Assembly: GCA_039589315.1 (NCBI GenBank)
Contig: JBDHHQ010000048.1
Location: forward strand, 1 to 39,545
From: Gemmatimonadota bacterium
GTDB lineage: Bacteria; Gemmatimonadota; Gemmatimonadetes; Longimicrobiales; Gaopeijiaceae
Length of the DNA: 39,545 nt
Reading direction: 5' to 3'
Shown: piece after piece, positions 30,396 through 39,284 of the stretch
Position numbering within the stretch: position 1 is the stretch's first letter
Layout of the letters: every line of letters begins with the position of its first letter
Made by a program: the position numbers and the translations under genes
Notes under the pieces: generated by a model
What the model saw: the letters and a program-made list of their open reading frames with translations, nothing else
Database searches by the model: none
What the model was told of the DNA's origin: nothing

Positions 30396-32033
30396 TCAGA
30401 ACCAGTGCCGGAGCCACCACTTCTCGAAGGCGACCTTGCCCCAGTGCCAGATGCGCCTGGGGCGAGCGATCCTGAGTCGGGGTTCGGGGTCGTTGTAGAA
30501 CTGTCCGCTGGCGAACCCGGCCTTGCCGTCTCCGATCTCGATCCAGCAGAATCCCTTCCCGTCGAACCGCCCGCGGCACTCCCTGCCGCCGATCTCGTCG
30601 GCAATCTGCTTTGCCACCAGCTCGGCCTGGTCGTGGGCGAACACTCCGGCCTTGGGGAGCGACTTGCCGTTGGGCAGGCGAATGGCGGTGACGTCACCGA
30701 TGGCGAACACACCTTCGTATTGCGTCCGGAGCGTGCCCGGATCGACATGGATCCAGCCCGAGACGCCGAGGAGTCCGGATGAACGGACCACATCCGGCGC
30801 CTGGTGGGGAGGCACCGCAATCAGAAGGTCGACTCGTTCGGCCCGCCCGCCGGAGGCAACGATTTCGCGGGTCTCCGGCCGCAAGCTCTCGAACGCGAAG
30901 AGCGGATGGTAGTGAATGGCGCGCTCCGCAAGCATGGTCTCGATCGCCTGGCCCAATGCCGCCTCGGCAACCGGCATTGGCTGGTGCTCGGGCGAGTAGA
31001 TGTGGATCTCCGACTTGTGCCGAACGCCTCTGCCGCGGAGGAAGGAATCCACCAGGAAAGCGGCTTCGTATGGAGCTGCGGGACACTTGAACGGCATCGA
31101 CGTCACCACGATGCCCACCTTGCCGCCTTCGAAGGCTTCCAGGGCGGAGTGGATTTGCCGGCAACCGTCGGAGCTGTAGAGATCGTAGGCCATTTCGGAG
31201 AAGCCCTCGACCGTCTCCGGGGTCGTCTGGGCGCCCAGCGCAACGACCAGATAGTCGAAACTGAGCTCGCCGGCGCCGGTCTCCACGACCCTGCGATCGA
31301 GATCGATCTCCTCGACCTCCTCTCGGAGGAACTCGATGCCCTTCCTGCTCAGACGCGCCAGCGGCCGACGGATCTGCTCCTCTCGGCGGTGTCCCACCAT
31401 TAGCCAAAGAAAGGACGACGCGAACACATGGTCGGGAGAGCGGTCGACGACCACGACCCGATGGCTCGAGCCCAGTCGCTTGCGCAGATGGCGCGCAGCC
31501 ACGATTCCACCGACACCACCCCCCAGAATGACGATGGTGGCGGCCTCGGATGGCCGCCCCGGGGACGGCGCGACGTCGGTGGAAACCGGTTGGGGGGGCG
31601 CCTGCGAACCTTCTTCGAAGAGCCTGGCCATCGCGGCCGAATAACCGACTTCGTCGAATTCGTTTTCCGAGAAGAAGACTTCACCGTCGGGCCCGACGAG
31701 AATGCTCCAAGGCACCCAGCCACTCGTGAGCTGCCGGAAGAGCACGCCGTCCTCGTCCGGCACGACCGGGAACGGTAGGTCGTACTCGTCCTTCCACTCC
31801 TGGCACGCCTCCCCAGTCTCGAACGCGCCCACGTAGACGACCTCGAGGCCGCGGGGCCGGAAGCGTTCGAAGACGCGGCGTATGACAGGAGCCTCCTGCC
31901 TGCAGCCCTGTCAGAGCCCCTTCCAGAAGACGATCAGGACCGCGTCGGTCCCGCGGACGGGCAGCCCCAGGTCCTTCAGCGCGAGGGTCGTTCCCGCGGA
32001 GACGCTCTTTCCGGACTCGTCGAGTACTCTCAT
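30396..32033 (-). CDS. Putative selenoprotein: TlpA/Prx-like redoxin (UxxC) fused to an SQR-like FAD oxidoreductase, 545 aa
   Basis: ATG 32033 after GAGGGG. Reads ...VLIVFWKGL-TGA-QGCRQEAP...LPFPVVPDEDG...VPWSILVGPDG, a linker, then GGGVGG, FKCPAAPYE, FAIGD, LPKAG, GFCWIE and FEKWWL. The oxidoreductase part is well supported; Sec readthrough is inferred. Confidence 0.82.
31883..31913 (-). promoter_or_regulatory. Candidate bacterial SECIS hairpin starting at the UGA
   Basis: mRNA UGACAGG-GCUGCAGGCAGGAGGCU-CCUGUCA: perfect 7-bp lower stem with a G-rich apical part. Confidence 0.6.
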
Positions 32034-32357
32034 CGGTCGTGCCCCTCGTCCCGCTCGGGTTTCGACGCCGCTTTGGGGGGTACTCCTTCACTGCGAGCTA
32101 CCCTGCCCTCCTCCGGAACCCCCGCGCCCCTTCAATATCATCCGGAGCTCGCGCATGGGCTGCAGGGCGATCCCCGAAAGTGCCGAAGGAGATTCTCCCA
32201 CGCAGGTTTTCCGTCGTTCACCCCGCCGGCTGGCGGCTACATCCGGCAATGTCCCTCCGACGCGCCCAGTGCGCATCGCGGTAGCTCACCGCAAGCTCGG
32301 AGGAGCAGATGGGCTCGGTCAATTGGCGAGATGTACAGGCGGAGGTGTGCCCTCACA

Positions 32358-32993
32358 TCAAGCCGGCTCACCTTTTCCCCCGGCCCGTATCGACGGCGCG
32401 AGAAGAAGAAACACGCCTACCGCCATGAAGGGAATCCCGAACGCCCCACCCCTGATCAGGCCGACCCAGAGCGCCACCAAGAGTCCGCACGCAAGCGTCG
32501 TGAAGCTGACGATCCGCCCGGGTCCCAGTCGTCGCAGTCCGAGGAAGAACCCGGCGAAGAGCAACAGGTCTCCGATCCCTATGACGGGAACCGTCCGCTC
32601 GGCCATGGGCAGCGAGACGGTCAAGTAGGGAAGCCCCTCCCACAGTTCTCCCGATGCGGGGTCGAGCAGCCACCGAGTCGGTCCGACTGTGAACGAGATG
32701 ATGTCGGCCACCGACGCGGCAACGGCCAGGGCCATCAGCGCCCCCGCCGTCGGGACGGTGCGATAGATGAGGACTCCGCCGCCGATGGCGGAGCCCAGGA
32801 CCAGGGCGTTGCTGAGGATGAGCGACGACGGGTGGAGGGCCAGCAGAGCGACGTGCAGACCGATCCAGGCCCAGATCCAGGCGTTCCTTCTGTGCCCGTC
32901 GTAGGAAGCGACGTACGAGGCAGCCACCGAAACCAGCGCACATGCCAGGAGGATCAGCAGCCCGAACAAGCCAAAGGCCCGCGCAAACGTCAT
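32358..32993 (-). CDS. Polytopic membrane protein with GxGD aspartyl-protease-like motifs
   Basis: About 7 hydrophobic segments; VADIISFTVGPT, VIGIGDLL and C-terminal GIPF. Confidence 0.7.
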   Translation of the reverse strand: MTFARAFGLFGLLILLACALVSVAASYVASYDGHRRNAWIWAWIGLHVALLALHPSSLILSNALVLGSAIGGGVLIYRTVPTAGALMALAVAASVADIISFTVGPTRWLLDPASGELWEGLPYLTVSLPMAERTVPVIGIGDLLLFAGFFLGLRRLGPGRIVSFTTLACGLLVALWVGLIRGGAFGIPFMAVGVFLLLAPSIRAGGKGEPA

Positions 32994-33169
32994 GGACGCC
33001 CGCCCCTACTCCTGTTTGAGGGCGCGAGCGCGACGAGGTTGAGGAGGCTCTGCTCCACGACGGAGATCGAGAGCTCGTCCTCGAACCGCCGGCTCAGCTG
33101 CGAGAGAAGGTAGGAGCTCGTGTACACGAGGTTGACCCATGCCTGCATGTAGTCGTGGGGGCGTGCCAT
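32990..33169 (-). pseudogene. Truncated MarR-like regulator (N-terminal 59 aa only)
   Basis: MARPHDYMQAWVNLVYTSSYLLSQLSRRFEDELSISVVEQSLLNLVALAP resembles MarR helices 1-2 and stops before the winged HTH. Confidence 0.6.
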
Positions 33170-33381
33170 GCAACTCGTCGTCTGGGCCGTGCGGCGGTTT
33201 GCCGGGGCCTCGCGTTCCCGCAGTGCGGTCCCCCCGCCTGAGAACTGTGGATTCTCGCCGCATCCGACACTACGAGCAACCGGGGAGTCATTGACCGACA
33301 CAGATAGGACCCAGCTCTTGACGATCATCCATCGAACCATCACTGGGTCAGGGCGCAGCCATGCCCGGTGGCCGAGGAGCT

Positions 33382-33412
33382 GTAACTTCCGGGGTGCTGA
33401 ACCGGTCCCAAC
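33382..33412 (+). promoter_or_regulatory. Candidate ECF sigma autoregulatory promoter
   Basis: GTAAC-N17-GGTCCCAAC about 50 nt upstream of the sigma ATG; the motif recurs at 34744. Confidence 0.65.
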
Positions 33413-33461
33413 TGCAGAGCCCGGCCGCACCCGAGCCAGCGGGAGGTCCGACGTAGTTTGA

Positions 33462-34031
33462 ATGGAACGCACGAACCGAGCACACCGCTGGGCAGGTAGA
33501 ACCGACCGGGAGTTGCTGGCGGAGCTGGCCCGAGACGAAGTCGGCGCACTGGGAGAGCTGTTCGAGCGCCACCACGACCGGGTTCGCGCGCTGTGCTACC
33601 GCCTGACCGGAGACCCCCAGGTCGCCGACGACCTGCTTCAGGAGTCATTCCTGAGAATCCTCCGGTATGGCTCGGGATTCAAGGGCCAGGCCGCGTTCAC
33701 GACGTGGCTCTACCGGTTGGTCAGGAACGTGTGCATCGACCACATGAGGAGCGAAGACCGTATCCGGGCAGGAAACGAGTCGTGGGCCAGCGATCAGGCT
33801 CTGGACGTGATGCCCGATACGTCGGATCCTCGTCTGGACAGGCTCCGTACGGCCCTGTACCGGCTGGCCCCCGAGAAGCGAGAGGTGTTGGTGCTGAGTC
33901 GGTACGAGGGGATGAGTTACGCCGAAATCGCGGAGGTCTGCGAGACCACCGTTGGCGCCATCAAAGTCAGAGCGCACCGAGCCATGCGCGAGCTGCGCGC
34001 GAGATTCGAAGAGCTGGGACAAACGACATGA
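33462..34031 (+). CDS. ECF RNA polymerase sigma factor
   Basis: Region 2 DDLLQESFL...FTTWLYRLVRNVCID; region 4 GMSYAEIAE...VKVRAHRA-like motif. Confidence 0.95.
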   Translation: MERTNRAHRWAGRTDRELLAELARDEVGALGELFERHHDRVRALCYRLTGDPQVADDLLQESFLRILRYGSGFKGQAAFTTWLYRLVRNVCIDHMRSEDRIRAGNESWASDQALDVMPDTSDPRLDRLRTALYRLAPEKREVLVLSRYEGMSYAEIAEVCETTVGAIKVRAHRAMRELRARFEELGQTT

Positions 34032-34694
34032 AATGCGAAGATGCCACGGATCTCATCATCGACTCGTTGATGGACTCTCTGGACGGAGACTTGTGAGGCG
34101 TGTGCCGGGGAAGCCGAGGGCATGCAGGCCGTCTGGGACGGGCTGGAAGAGCTGGGGGTCCCGTCGGAGCGTCATGGGGCAGCTGGCCGCCGTCGGACGA
34201 CGGTGGATACGTCCCGAACGGCGATGGAGATCGGTCATCGGATCGCCAGACCCCGGAGGCGGCCGATGGCGATGCCTTCACGGATCGCGGCCTCGATCGC
34301 GCTCCTGCTCCTCGGGAGCCTCGGCGGCTACCTGGCGAGAGGACCTGTGCCGCCGCCCCTTCCGCAGGCCGGAGGCTCTGCGTTTCTGATGCTCGTCCGT
34401 GGAGAGGAGCCGGACGCGCAAATCCCCGGCGACGTTCTCGTCGAGGAATACCGGACCTGGGCCCAGGCTCTGGCCGTCGAGGGTCGTCTGCTCGGCGGCG
34501 AGAAGCTCACGGACGAGCCCGGCCGTTGGGTCTCGGGGGCCCCCGTGGCGGACGAGCGCGTGCGCTCGGACGTGTCGGGATATTTCGTGATCCGCGCACC
34601 CAGTTACGACGAGGCCGTGGATCTCGCGATGGCGTCCCCGCACGTCCGTTACGGAGGCGTCTTCGAGATCCGGCAAATCGACGCCGTGAACTGA
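34028..34694 (+). pseudogene. Frameshifted zinc anti-sigma (ZAS)-TM-YCII-like protein
   Basis: ATGA-coupled start MKCEDATDLIIDSLMDSLDG stops at 34096. A second frame from 34086 gives ETCEACAGEAEGMQAVWDGL, a TM helix and a YCII-like domain (GRLLGGEKL, SGYFVI, SPH...EIRQI). Confidence 0.8.
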
Positions 34695-34743
34695 CGCGGC
34701 ACGGGTCGCAGCCCTCGATCTCCGACGGGACTTCCCACCTCCC

Positions 34744-34774
34744 GTAACCTCCACGGCGCGTGCTCGGTCCAAAC
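34744..34774 (+). promoter_or_regulatory. Second copy of the candidate ECF promoter
   Basis: GTAAC-N17-GGTCCAAAC, 28 nt upstream of ATG 34802. Confidence 0.65.
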
Positions 34775-34801
34775 AGTAACCGCAACGCACCGGAGGATCC
34801 C

Positions 34802-35440
34802 ATGAAGCTCGAAGTCCTGTCCGCAGTCGCCCTGTTGGTGCCCGCCGCCACGACCGCCCAGGTCGCGGCGGCGCCCCCCGTGCTCACGGAAGGCGAGGAG
34901 ATCGTGCTCGCCAGGAGCGCGGCGCCCCCAACCGTCTCGGACGATGCCACCGTTCTGGTCTTGCGCAAAGGTGTCTACGAGACCGCTCAGGAGGGTTCGA
35001 ACGGCGTGACCTGCATGGTGTCGCGAAGCCTTCCGCTCGCGGTCGAGCCCATCTGCTACGATCCCGAGGCCTCGCGCACGATTCTGCTCATCGAGATCCA
35101 GCGGGTCGAGATGCGATTGGCAGGTGCGTCCGAAGAGGAGGTGGACCGCTCGGTAGCCCAGTCGATCGGAACCGGTGAGCTTCCCCTGCCGTCGCGTCCG
35201 GCCCTGGCGTACATGTTGTCCGCAGGCCAGATCCTGTACGCGGATGCCGAGACGAGGGTGGGATCGTTCCTGCCCCACCTCCACTTCTACTGGCCGTATG
35301 CCACGGCCGAGATGTTTGGGGCACTCGGGGGCGACCCGTCGGCGGCCGTGATCATCTCCGACCCCGGCAAGCCCACCGCCAATCTCATCGTCTTCGCGAA
35401 GGACTTCGTGGAGCCGGAGAAGGCGGCCGGGCCCCTGTAG
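34802..35440 (+). CDS. Secreted hypothetical protein
   Basis: GGAGG RBS, signal peptide, LARSAAP...GVTCMV...PICY...YMLS...PHL. Confidence 0.8.
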   Translation: MKLEVLSAVALLVPAATTAQVAAAPPVLTEGEEIVLARSAAPPTVSDDATVLVLRKGVYETAQEGSNGVTCMVSRSLPLAVEPICYDPEASRTILLIEIQRVEMRLAGASEEEVDRSVAQSIGTGELPLPSRPALAYMLSAGQILYADAETRVGSFLPHLHFYWPYATAEMFGALGGDPSAAVIISDPGKPTANLIVFAKDFVEPEKAAGPL

Positions 35441-35578
35441 GGTCAGGCCAACCACCCCGCCTGGGCGCCCCAGTCATCCGGCTCGCAGAGTCGCCGTAAT
35501 CGGACACCGGCTACTCAGGCTGCCGACGCCGGAGCGCTCCCTCAGCCGGATCGTGCGGCACACAGGACGTCCACAAGC

Positions 35579-35615
35579 AGAGGGCCGGGCTCGCACTTCA
35601 CGGACCCGGCTCTCT
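35579..35615. terminator. Hairpin downstream of tRNA-Asn
   Basis: agagggccggg...cccggctctct imperfect inverted repeat. Confidence 0.4.
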
Positions 35616-35647
35616 CCTATTTCACTGTCCTGTATGCCCTTACCAAG

Positions 35648-35720
<73 letters not shown>

Positions 35721-35840
35721 ATGTGCCTGCGGCAACCTGCGCCGACGGGAAGAAAAGCTATTAGCGCCCATCGAGGGTGTCAACCCAGAGACGACCGCCG
35801 CGGTATTGGGTATGCCCTTCTCCCGCAACGGGTTGAGGAC

Positions 35841-36416
35841 CTACGCTCCGTCTGTCGGCTTCCCTGGGGCTCCCATCTCGTCATCGAGTCTCGAGAGGAG
35901 CTCACGAATGGGATCGCTCACGTCGTGGGATCGCGACCAGAGCTCCTCGAACCTGCTGGCAGCAGCACTTGCACCGGCTCTCCCGTGCTCGGACACGAAG
36001 AGGGGTCCGGGGAGTGGCGTGGGTCTCAGAAACGAGTGCACGCCGATCAGGGCCGAAAACGGTGCTCCCTCTGCACGGAACACGGAGAAATCGGGGGCCC
36101 AGCCGCCCAGCGGTGCCGACCGCACGAGAATCCGACCCTCGCTGAGGAGTCGGATCAACAGTCTGAGGTTTCTGGCGCGACCAGGGTCCGCCAGCACGGA
36201 CTCGGCCTCTGCCGCCAGGCGCACCGCGTTCACTTCGGCGAGCAGGACACGGAGCCGGCGCACACTGCCGACCTCGGAGAGGCTGAGGTCCACCAGGCTG
36301 AGACGAACCCGGGTGGCCGCGACGTCAACTTCGCTGGCCAGCGCAGCCAGCCTCCCGAAGCGGTCCCTGAACCCATGGGCCGCTCGCTCGTCGAGGAGGG
36401 CAGTCGTCTCGGTCAT
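35841..36416 (-). CDS. Hypothetical protein, possible degenerate PLD-like fold
   Basis: ATG 36416; pattern DFSVF...ALIG...FEELW. No HKD motif. Confidence 0.65.
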   Translation of the reverse strand: MTETTALLDERAAHGFRDRFGRLAALASEVDVAATRVRLSLVDLSLSEVGSVRRLRVLLAEVNAVRLAAEAESVLADPGRARNLRLLIRLLSEGRILVRSAPLGGWAPDFSVFRAEGAPFSALIGVHSFLRPTPLPGPLFVSEHGRAGASAAASRFEELWSRSHDVSDPIRELLSRLDDEMGAPGKPTDGA

Positions 36417-36552
36417 CGGGAGAAAGAAAGCGTGCTGATTGGGGCGGGCCCATAGCGGCAGGGGCCTGGCCAGATTCAGGAGGATCGAGGACTCCGCGGA
36501 AGCCTGACAGCTCGGGGCCAGCGACGGTGAGCCTGGATTTGGCCACCGGCCC

Positions 36553-37182
36553 CTAGATCCGCCCACCGCGAGATTCCATCTCCAGACGCGTCTGGCTCCG
36601 ATCTCTCGCGGGCACGGCGTGGCACTTGCGACAGCGGGCTTCGTATGACTCCGAGCCGCCGACCTGGATCGTCGGTCCTTCTGCGGGCGCCGGCTGGCCG
36701 TCGATCAGCCGCTGGTTCCTCGTGGCCAGATCCCCACACACGACGCAGATGGCATGCAGCTTGTCAATGCGCTCGGCGATGGCCAGAAGATGAGGAACGG
36801 GTCCGAAGGGCTCACCCCGGAAGTCCATGTCGGTCCCGGCAACGATCACCCGCATGCCCTCGTCCGCCAGACGATTGACGACCGCCGTTACCCCGTCGTC
36901 CAGGAACTGGGCCTCGTCGATGGCCACGACCTGGGTGCCGTCCTTCACCAGCTCTGCGATCTGGACCGAGCTCGACACGGGCAGAGCCTCTACCTCTGTG
37001 CCGTCATGGGAGCTGACCGTGAAGACGCCACCATAACGGTCGTCCAGTTGGGACTTGAACACCTGGACCCGCTTCCGGGCGATCAAGGCACGGCGCACGC
37101 GCCGGAGGAGCTCCTCGGACTTGCCGCTGAACATCACGCCGGAAACGACTTCGACCCAGCCTTCTTGAGCACCGTGGTACAT
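36553..37182 (-). CDS. tdk: Thymidine kinase
   Basis: [30 protein letters not shown] and YEARCRKCH. Confidence 0.97.
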   Translation of the reverse strand: MYHGAQEGWVEVVSGVMFSGKSEELLRRVRRALIARKRVQVFKSQLDDRYGGVFTVSSHDGTEVEALPVSSSVQIAELVKDGTQVVAIDEAQFLDDGVTAVVNRLADEGMRVIVAGTDMDFRGEPFGPVPHLLAIAERIDKLHAICVVCGDLATRNQRLIDGQPAPAEGPTIQVGGSESYEARCRKCHAVPARDRSQTRLEMESRGGRI

Positions 37183-37449
37183 CTCTTGTCGCGCACGGTT
37201 CGAGGGGAGATTCCAGAGGAACCAGGAGGCCACAAGACTCACGGGCGATCGGCCCCGGTCCCCACTCGGCCAGGGGAACTCAGGGAACCCTGGCACCGCC
37301 GCAACGTACGGAGGATCGAGTCGCGGTGCGACACCGAGGGCGCTGGAGTGGATGAGGCTCAATCCGCTGTCCCGCGGGCGGTTGCCCTTGTATCCTTGGA
37401 GTCCGATTTGGTCCGTCGGGACCAGTTCCACCGACGTAGAGATATCAGA

Positions 37450-39045
37450 ATGACGAAGCTCATTGTGGCCGCTCTGACGGGTGTAACCGCGACGGTCCTG
37501 GTTGCAGGCGTCAGCCTTGAACCTCCCGCACAGGAGGCTCGCCCCCGGCTCGTGGTGCTCGTTGCCGTCGACCAGCTACCGGCACATCTGCTCGACCGGT
37601 ATGACTCCCTCTTTACGGGCGGGTTCCGGCGACTTCGGGATCAGGGCTTCCGGTTCACGCAGGCCAACCACCAGCATGCGAATACGGAGACCGCCGCAGG
37701 CCACGCGGCACTGAGCACGGGGGTGCTCCCCTTCCGCAACGGTATCGTGGCGAACAGCTGGCGCGAGCGGTCGGGAGACGAGTGGCACGGCGTATATGCC
37801 GTCGAGGACTCGCTTTCACCGATATCGGGGATTCCACAGCTCCCGGGTCGCTCACCCGCGAATCTACTCCGCGACGGGTTGGGCGACTGGATGCAGCAGG
37901 CCGATCCCGACACCAAGATCCTGTCGCTTTCCCGTAAGGACCGATCGGCGATCACCCTCGCAGGGCGAACCAGCGACGCGCATGTGTACTGGCTCGTCCC
38001 TTCGGCCAATCGATGGGTCACGTCGGTCTACTACCGGGAGGCCTATTCCCGGTGGTTCGAGGCGTTCCATCAGCAGGTGTTGCCGGAGATCGCCGCGGAC
38101 TCCGTCTGGGAGAGCACGATTCCCGCTGGATCTGAAGTCATGGCCCGGCCAGACACCGCAGCATACGAGGCAGATGGTGTCCACACCTACTTCCCGCACC
38201 GTTTCCTGGAGGAGGGGGACCTGGCCTCTGAGCAGGGGTATGCCGCGTGGCTGTCGAGCACTCCGTGGGTCGATGACGCGACGCTGGCGCTGGCCGAGCA
38301 CGGCATGCGAGCGCTCGAACTGGGCCAGGACGACGTCCCCGACCTATTGGGCCTGGCCCTCTCGCAGACCGACATCGTGGGACATCGCTTTGGCCCGCTG
38401 AGTCGCGAGCAGCTCGACAACCTGCTTCGTCTGGACCGTGGGTTCGGCGACTTCCTCACTTTCCTCGATGATTACGTGGGCGAGGGCCGCTGGGTGCTGG
38501 GCTTGTCCGCTGACCATGGTGTCCTGACGATGCCCGAGTACCTCGCGGAGTCGGGCGAGTTCGGGAAGCGCACCACCCGGGACGAGATCACGGAGATGGT
38601 GGATGCCGTTCGCCGTGCATCTGCCGTCGACAACGACCGAAGCCCCGCCGACGTGGCCGCCGAAGTGAAGCGAGCCCTGGAAGAGGTCGACTGGGTCGAC
38701 GCTGTCTACACAGCGTGGGACCTCCGAGAAGAGGAGCCTGCGGACACCTTCGAAGTCCTCTATCGGAACTCGTACCTGCCCGAGCGGGCCACGGGCTTTT
38801 TCGGGGAGATGGGAGTCATGGTTCGGCCCAAGGCGGGGGTCCTCGTGTCCACGTCCACCCAGGGCACGTCCCACGGCTCTCCCTACTGGTACGACCGGCA
38901 CGTCCCCCTGGCCTTCCTGGGCGCGGGTGTCGGGGCCGGGTCCTCTGACCAGGCCGCTCGGACCATCGACATGGCGCCCACGCTGGCCTCGCTCGCCGGG
39001 ATTCGAGCCCCGAACGACCTTGACGGCACCCCCTTGATCCCTTAG
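37450..39045 (+). CDS. Alkaline phosphatase superfamily protein (PafA / nucleotide pyrophosphatase-like), secreted
   Basis: [11 protein letters not shown] (Thr nucleophile), [17 protein letters not shown] and HGSP. Signal peptide from ATG 37450. Confidence 0.92.
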   Translation: MTKLIVAALTGVTATVLVAGVSLEPPAQEARPRLVVLVAVDQLPAHLLDRYDSLFTGGFRRLRDQGFRFTQANHQHANTETAAGHAALSTGVLPFRNGIVANSWRERSGDEWHGVYAVEDSLSPISGIPQLPGRSPANLLRDGLGDWMQQADPDTKILSLSRKDRSAITLAGRTSDAHVYWLVPSANRWVTSVYYREAYSRWFEAFHQQVLPEIAADSVWESTIPAGSEVMARPDTAAYEADGVHTYFPHRFLEEGDLASEQGYAAWLSSTPWVDDATLALAEHGMRALELGQDDVPDLLGLALSQTDIVGHRFGPLSREQLDNLLRLDRGFGDFLTFLDDYVGEGRWVLGLSADHGVLTMPEYLAESGEFGKRTTRDEITEMVDAVRRASAVDNDRSPADVAAEVKRALEEVDWVDAVYTAWDLREEEPADTFEVLYRNSYLPERATGFFGEMGVMVRPKAGVLVSTSTQGTSHGSPYWYDRHVPLAFLGAGVGAGSSDQAARTIDMAPTLASLAGIRAPNDLDGTPLIP

Positions 39046-39186
39046 GCATCGGCACTTACACTCTCCGCTCCTCCCCTACAACCGGTTTGCGTCCCCCCCC
39101 GCGCTGACCGGTGCGCCCGAACCCGCGGCGCAGAGCACACGGACGTTACATTCTCAAGGCTAAACCACCTGTTTACGGTGGTCGAC

Positions 39187-39234
39187 AATAAGGAATAAAG
39201 TGCTTGACACGGGGAGCATTGCGCCCCATAAGTA
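39187..39234 (+). promoter_or_regulatory. Candidate sigma70 promoter
   Basis: A-rich tract, perfect TTGACA at 39204-39209 and an imperfect -10 (cataag) 17 nt later, in an unusually AT-rich patch. Confidence 0.45.
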
Positions 39235-39284
39235 AACATAATTTTCCAGGAACATCTGACCATCTCGACTGAACGCACAACCAA

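Noticed and set aside
32182..32206. GCCGAAGGAG glycine-riboswitch-like word
   Set aside because: It is on the opposite strand to the flanking genes and lacks the CUCUCAGG partner and P1 stem.
34094..34096. TGA in the anti-sigma gene as a second selenocysteine codon
   Set aside because: The CxxC and downstream domains are in a different frame, so readthrough would not restore the protein.
36754..37449. 232-aa N-terminal extension of the alkaline phosphatase ORF
   Set aside because: It overlaps tdk on the opposite strand, and a signal peptide begins at ATG 37450.
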